DNA of 64,000 bases from Octopus vulgaris (taxonomy: Eukaryota), in NCBI GenBank assembly GCA_951406725.2, contig OX597839.1, positions 38,316,001 to 38,380,000 on the forward strand, given 5' to 3'. Numbering within the stretch: the stretch's first letter is position 1; every line of letters begins with the position of its first letter. The notes under the pieces are model-generated. The model searched no databases. It worked only from the letters and a program-made list of their open reading frames with translations, and was not told the origin of the DNA. The translations under genes were made by a program, and so were the position numbers. Positions 58,744-64,000 of this stretch are shown here, piece by piece.

Positions 58744-59258
58744 TGTGCAACGCAATGCACACTTGGTTATGCTTATAGTAAGTTGCTCCTATATTCGCGT
58801 TACTTCTATGTCTAGCCTTTCTTGTTTCTCCTTTTTCTCTCTCTGTCTCTTCCTTTTACTCTCTCTCTCTCTCCCTCTCCCTCTTTCTCTCCCTCTCTCT
58901 CTCCCTCTCTCTCTTTCTCTCCCTCTCTCTCTCTCTCTCGCTTTGTTTCTCCTCTGCTTTCTGTGTCTCCTTCTGCCCGCTACTGACACGTGACCTGTGG
59001 TCAGCCTTTCCTCTTTCGCTCTTTTTACACCGTCCGTTGAAACAACCGTTCGTAATTTCCCTAGTCTCCACTTCAACCTGTTTCGCTGCCTGTTGTCCTT
59101 CTTTCCAATCCTTTAGGATTTCCCTGTTAGCGTTGCCCACACTTCGTCTGCATCTAACCCTAAGGCTATATTCAATTTGTTTATTTCGTTTTTGCCCCAC
59201 GTCCGTCCACTAACGGTCACGTCCTGAATTACATTTATTCATTTTCGTACGTCCACAT

Positions 59259-59674
59259 AGGCGCAGGAGTGGCTGTGTGGTAAGTAGCTTGCTAACCAAC
59301 CACATACTTCCGGGTTCAGTCCCACTGCGTGGCACCTTGGGCAAGTGTCTTCTGCTATAGCCTCGGGCCGACCAAAGCCTTGTGAGTGGATTTGGTAGAC
59401 GGAAACTGAAAGAAGCCTGTCGTATATATGTATATATATATGTGTGCATGTGTGTGTATATGTTTGTGTGTCTGTGTTTGTCCCCCTAGCATTGCTTGAC
59501 AACCGATGCTGGTGTGTTTACGTCCCCGTCACTTAGCGGTTCGGCAAAAGAGACCGATAGAATGAGTACTGGGCTTACAAAGAATAAGTCCCGGGGTCGA
59601 TTTGCTCGACTAAAGGCGGTGCTCCAGCATGGCCGTAGTCAAATGACTGAAACAAGTAAACGAGTAAACGAGTA
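59259..59674 (+). mobile_element. SINE type A, full-length and apparently young
   Basis: AGGCGCAGGAGTGGCTGTGTGGTAAG (A box)...GGGTTCAGTCCC (B box), CORE-like ACCTTGGGCAAGTGTCTT, an internal (TA/TG)n tract and a (GTAAACGA)n tail. Confidence 0.92.
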
Positions 59675-59886
59675 ATATATATTGTTTCTTAACCATGTAT
59701 TGTTTTTCCGTTCTCGGTACCATATTCCCGGCAGCTTCTGCCGGTGCCACCAGATGAGAATCAATGTATCGTTAAAAGCACGAAATTGCGTTTGACGCAC
59801 GAAATTGCGTTTGATAACTGATGAGGAGTTGGTGACCTTCTGTGTCACTTTTCCGTTCGTTTGTGCATGTACTACATATTTTTAAC

Positions 59887-59944
<58 letters not shown>

Positions 59945-59956
59945 ATATGTATGTAT

Positions 59957-60031
<75 letters not shown>

Positions 60032-60570
60032 CGATATGTTTATACATATATATGATATATTTATGTGTGTATGCATATATGTGTGTGTATACATGTGTTT
60101 ATATATACATATACATAGAGAGAGAGAGAGACAGAGACAGACAGACACATGACATATAGACAAAAATTTATACATACACATAGACACATATACGAACACA
60201 AACACACACAAATAGACACAAACAAACGAAGCAAATACAGTAACAAAAACAAACATAAAGAACATACGTCAAGCATTCAAACAGAGAAATACTGAGCGAA
60301 TGGAAAGTGTAAGAAAAGGCGCTATTTGTTAAAATTCCGATGCCATGATAATTTAGTAGAATAGGTAAAACGAAGAAAAGCCAAAAAAAATGTTATAACC
60401 GACGTGGACAGACAGACAGACAGACAAATAGAGCGAATTTTTAAAAAAAAATGATGTTCTGAGGATGTTGAACTGAGGATCAATGGCTACTTCCGGTATT
60501 AATGGCAGCCATCTAGTTACAATCACGACATTAATTCAGCAAGCGTTCGTAAGTTCAACCTGACCTATCA

Positions 60571-60719
<149 letters not shown>

Positions 60720-60866
60720 TAATCCAAACAAGAAAACAAAAAGGCAACAACGCAAGGATGTGGAACAAATAAAGTATTATTGGACGCTCAGGAAAGAAGG
60801 GAAGAAGGAGGGTATATACATATATATATATATATGTGTGTGTGTGTGTATATATGTATGTATGTG

Positions 60867-60931
<65 letters not shown>

Positions 60932-61024
60932 GTATGTATGTATATATATGTATATACATATATATGTATATATATACATGTATATATGTATATATATACA
61001 TGTATATGTATATGTATATATATT

Positions 61025-61119
<95 letters not shown>

Positions 61120-61359
61120 GTATATATAAATAGATAGATAGATAGGTAGGTAGGTAGGTAGGTAGGTAAGTAGGTAGGTAGATATTTCTATGCATGTAAT
61201 ACACACACACACACACACACGCTCACACATATACACATATATATAAATTTTAGCCGATAACCGTAGAGACGCTTTTATATGCACATTATAAGGCTGATGT
61301 TATCAACCTAGATTATATTAAATATGTCTGTCTATATATATATATAAATATGTATTTGT

Positions 61360-61482
<123 letters not shown>

Positions 61483-61917
61483 TGTATGTATGTATGTATG
61501 TATGTATGTATATATATGATATTTGTAAGTGAATATGTTTGTGAGTTTGTGTATGTAACGGAAAAATATAATTTGTTTCCCCATTGTCACATCATTATAC
61601 ACATATATACACACACACACAAACACATACACACACACACACACCCGCGCGCCCACACACACACACACACGAACACACATATATATAATTCATCTCCTTC
61701 CTTCCTTCCATTCTTTCTTGATGTGGATGGTGGCGATGTTCATGATGATGATGGTGGTGGTGGTGGTGGGATTGTTGCGGTTTTTGTCGGTTGCTAATTG
61801 TTGATTATAGGGATCGAAAATAGAATATGGGAGATAAACATATTACGTATATGTGCGTGTTTGTATGTATGTATGTGTGCATGTATGTGTATATAATCTT
61901 ATATATACATATACATA

Positions 61918-62297
61918 TCTTTATATATAAAAGTGAGGTTGTGTGCTGTCTGTCTCCTACGATTTAGATTCCTAACCACTCCCACATTTTGCGGTGCAGT
62001 TTAACCAAAACCGGGTATCTTATAGTCGTGATTCATATAGAGACCGTCTGGGTATTAGCGCGCGTCTACGATGAGTCTACGATTTAAAAAAAAATTTACC
62101 ATTATTTTTTCCATTTTAATGCATTTTTATCGCTATTATATAAGGGAAGTAACTCTCTAAAAATGTCGACGATGAGTCAACGATTTAAAAAAATTACCAT
62201 AATTTTTTTTCCATTTTTAATGCATTTTTTTGCTATATTTTGGCTATAACTCTCTAAAAATGCTTACAAACCCGAGCAACGCCGGGCGATACTGCTA

Positions 62298-62298
<1 letters not shown>
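61918..62298 (+). mobile_element. Non-autonomous Helitron, copy 2
   Basis: A^TC...CCCGAGCAACGCCGGG...CTAG^T; homologous to 48478-48876. Confidence 0.85.
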
Positions 62299-62344
<46 letters not shown>

Positions 62345-62725
62345 AGGCGCATGGAAAGTGAACAATGTATGAGTCAGATACATGCTTGCGTTTGTATGCA
62401 GGGGGAAAAATCAGGTGTAGTGTTGGCCAATCTCAGGAAGCATGGAAGTACCTGTTAAACTCTGGGGTCGATACAATTGACTTACCCAATTTCCATAAAA
62501 TTTCTGGCCTTGTGCCAAAATATGAAATCAATGTTTTAAAGTGAAGAATTTTGTATCAGTAAAAAGTATGAAATATTAAATAATAAAAATGAACACGAAA
62601 TAAAAGTTACTCAACATAGAGTCACAGGTATATAAAGAGAGTATGGCTATAAACTGGGTGAGTATTTCAATAAAACAAGTTTGTCGTTATTAAAATATTT
62701 AGGTCTTTCTTTTATTTCTAGATAA

Positions 62726-63140
62726 GGATCTTTTCGGTTTGAACGGCAGTTTTTTTAAATAATTTCCACGTAACTAAACACTTTTAAACTTCGTATAGTG
62801 ATAGAATGTGTTTATAAAACATCTTTTTCTCTTGGCTTTATTGAGAAAATCCTATGTGTTTGTAGGATATTTGTTGTTGTTTTTCTTCAATTTCTGCAAT
62901 TTCAACCAATCAATGACGTCTATTGAGGTAAAAAAAAACATTCTGTGCCGTATGAATATGTCCCTCGTTTAAGAAACAGATTGGGTTTATTTACATTTGT
63001 GGAGAAAAAATATACCCTTCCTCCACCCCTAACCCTAAAACAGATTGAAAAGCAATAGATCGATACTAGGGTCATAATTATGGGTGACAATTTCATATAA
63101 CACCGCTAGAAAAAAACTGCCGTTCAAACCGAAAAGATCC
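62726..63140. mobile_element. MITE with perfect 31-bp TIRs and a target-site duplication
   Basis: GGATCTTTTCGGTTTGAACGGCAGTTTTTTT (62726-62756) and its exact reverse complement (63110-63140). TAGATA lies on both flanks (62719-62724, 63142-63147). Confidence 0.92.
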
Positions 63141-63684
63141 CTAGATATTTCTATAAATTAAGAAGGGCCGACGTCCCTTTCTGTGGTGGGTTGGGGATTG
63201 TTGTGAACCCAGTAACTTATACGTCATGGAAACTGTGTGAAGCTCTGGCCCTGAAGCCTAAAACTTACAACAAATCGATGTCCTAACACTTTCCCCGGTG
63301 TTGGCCTCGATAGGATTCGAAACCAGAACGAAAGACCTGGAATAACATAAAAAATATTTTCGTTGATTCACTAACGATCTTTTGCCAATCCATCAATTTC
63401 TAAAAAATATTAGCGATCAGCAAATTGTTGCATTGCAAGACATTTTGTGGTCAACGGGAAGTAACTCGTAATAGGAAAAATTTGCTAAATCTAAGGGAGA
63501 CAACTCTAAAACTTTCCGACTGCAGATAAATTCATGGAAAATAATGATGTCGGTAGTGTTTGTTATAACACTGCTGCTGCTGCTGCTGCTTCTGCCGTTG
63601 TTGCTGCTGTCGTTGCTGCGATGCTGCTGCTGCTGCTGCTGGCGGTTGTGGTGATAGCGGCAGCGGTGGCGATGAGGAGAGAGA

Positions 63685-64000
63685 TGGCGATGGCGAGAGA
63701 GGTGGCGATGGTGGAAGAAGGTGACGGTGGTGGGAGAGGTGGCGGTGGTGGGAGAAGGTGACGGTGGTGGGAGAGGTGGCGGTGGTGGGAGAAGGTGACG
63801 ATGGTGGGAGAGGTGGCGATGGATGGAAGAAGATGACGGTGGTGGGAGAGGTGGCGATGGTGGAAGAAGGTGACGGTTGTGGGAGAGGTGGCGGTGGTGG
63901 GAGAAGGTGACGGTGGTGGGAGAGGTGGCGGTGGTGGGAGAAGGTGACGATGGTGGGAGAGGTGGCGGTGGTGGGAGAAGGTGACGGTGGTGGGAGAGGT
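63685..64000. repeat. G-rich 37-bp minisatellite (19+18-bp subunits) running off the window end
   Basis: The unit GAGAAGGTGACGGTGGTGG-GAGAGGTGGCGGTGGTGG repeats with period 37 (e.g. GTGAC at 63721 and 63758). Confidence 0.9.

Overview
Repeat-dense, AT-rich animal DNA with no credible host protein-coding exon. Most of the window is microsatellite ((TA)n, (CA)n, (TATG)n, (GATA)n, (GGT)n, (AAG)n), and almost every ORF in the supplied track is a translation of those repeats. The microsatellite load and the tRNA-derived SINE families resemble an octopus (coleoid cephalopod) intron or intergenic region; this is an inference, not a database result. Non-microsatellite DNA consists of: four recurring SINE types; mariner and Tc1 remnants; two MITEs; two non-autonomous Helitron copies; RTE-like and R4-like LINE ends; and decayed Penelope-like element (PLE) RT and GIY-YIG fragments. 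The main hidden signal is a dense set of minimal type-I hammerhead ribozyme (HHR) motifs, carried by several unrelated short non-coding elements that mostly lie in or next to microsatellites. Four have an intact core (13949+, 16464-, 35055+, 47409-). One has a U3:A8 compensatory core. One family carries a fixed A6U core change in all four copies. Several more are decayed. Some show PLE-type direct or inverted partial terminal repeats, suggesting a PLE-mobilised, retrozyme-like system. Short unique islands carry clustered regulatory-like motifs (five E-boxes, RFX X-boxes, a CTCF site, nuclear-receptor half-sites, a CCAAT/E-box/GC-box cluster). All structures were folded and aligned by eye, and repeat boundaries are approximate.
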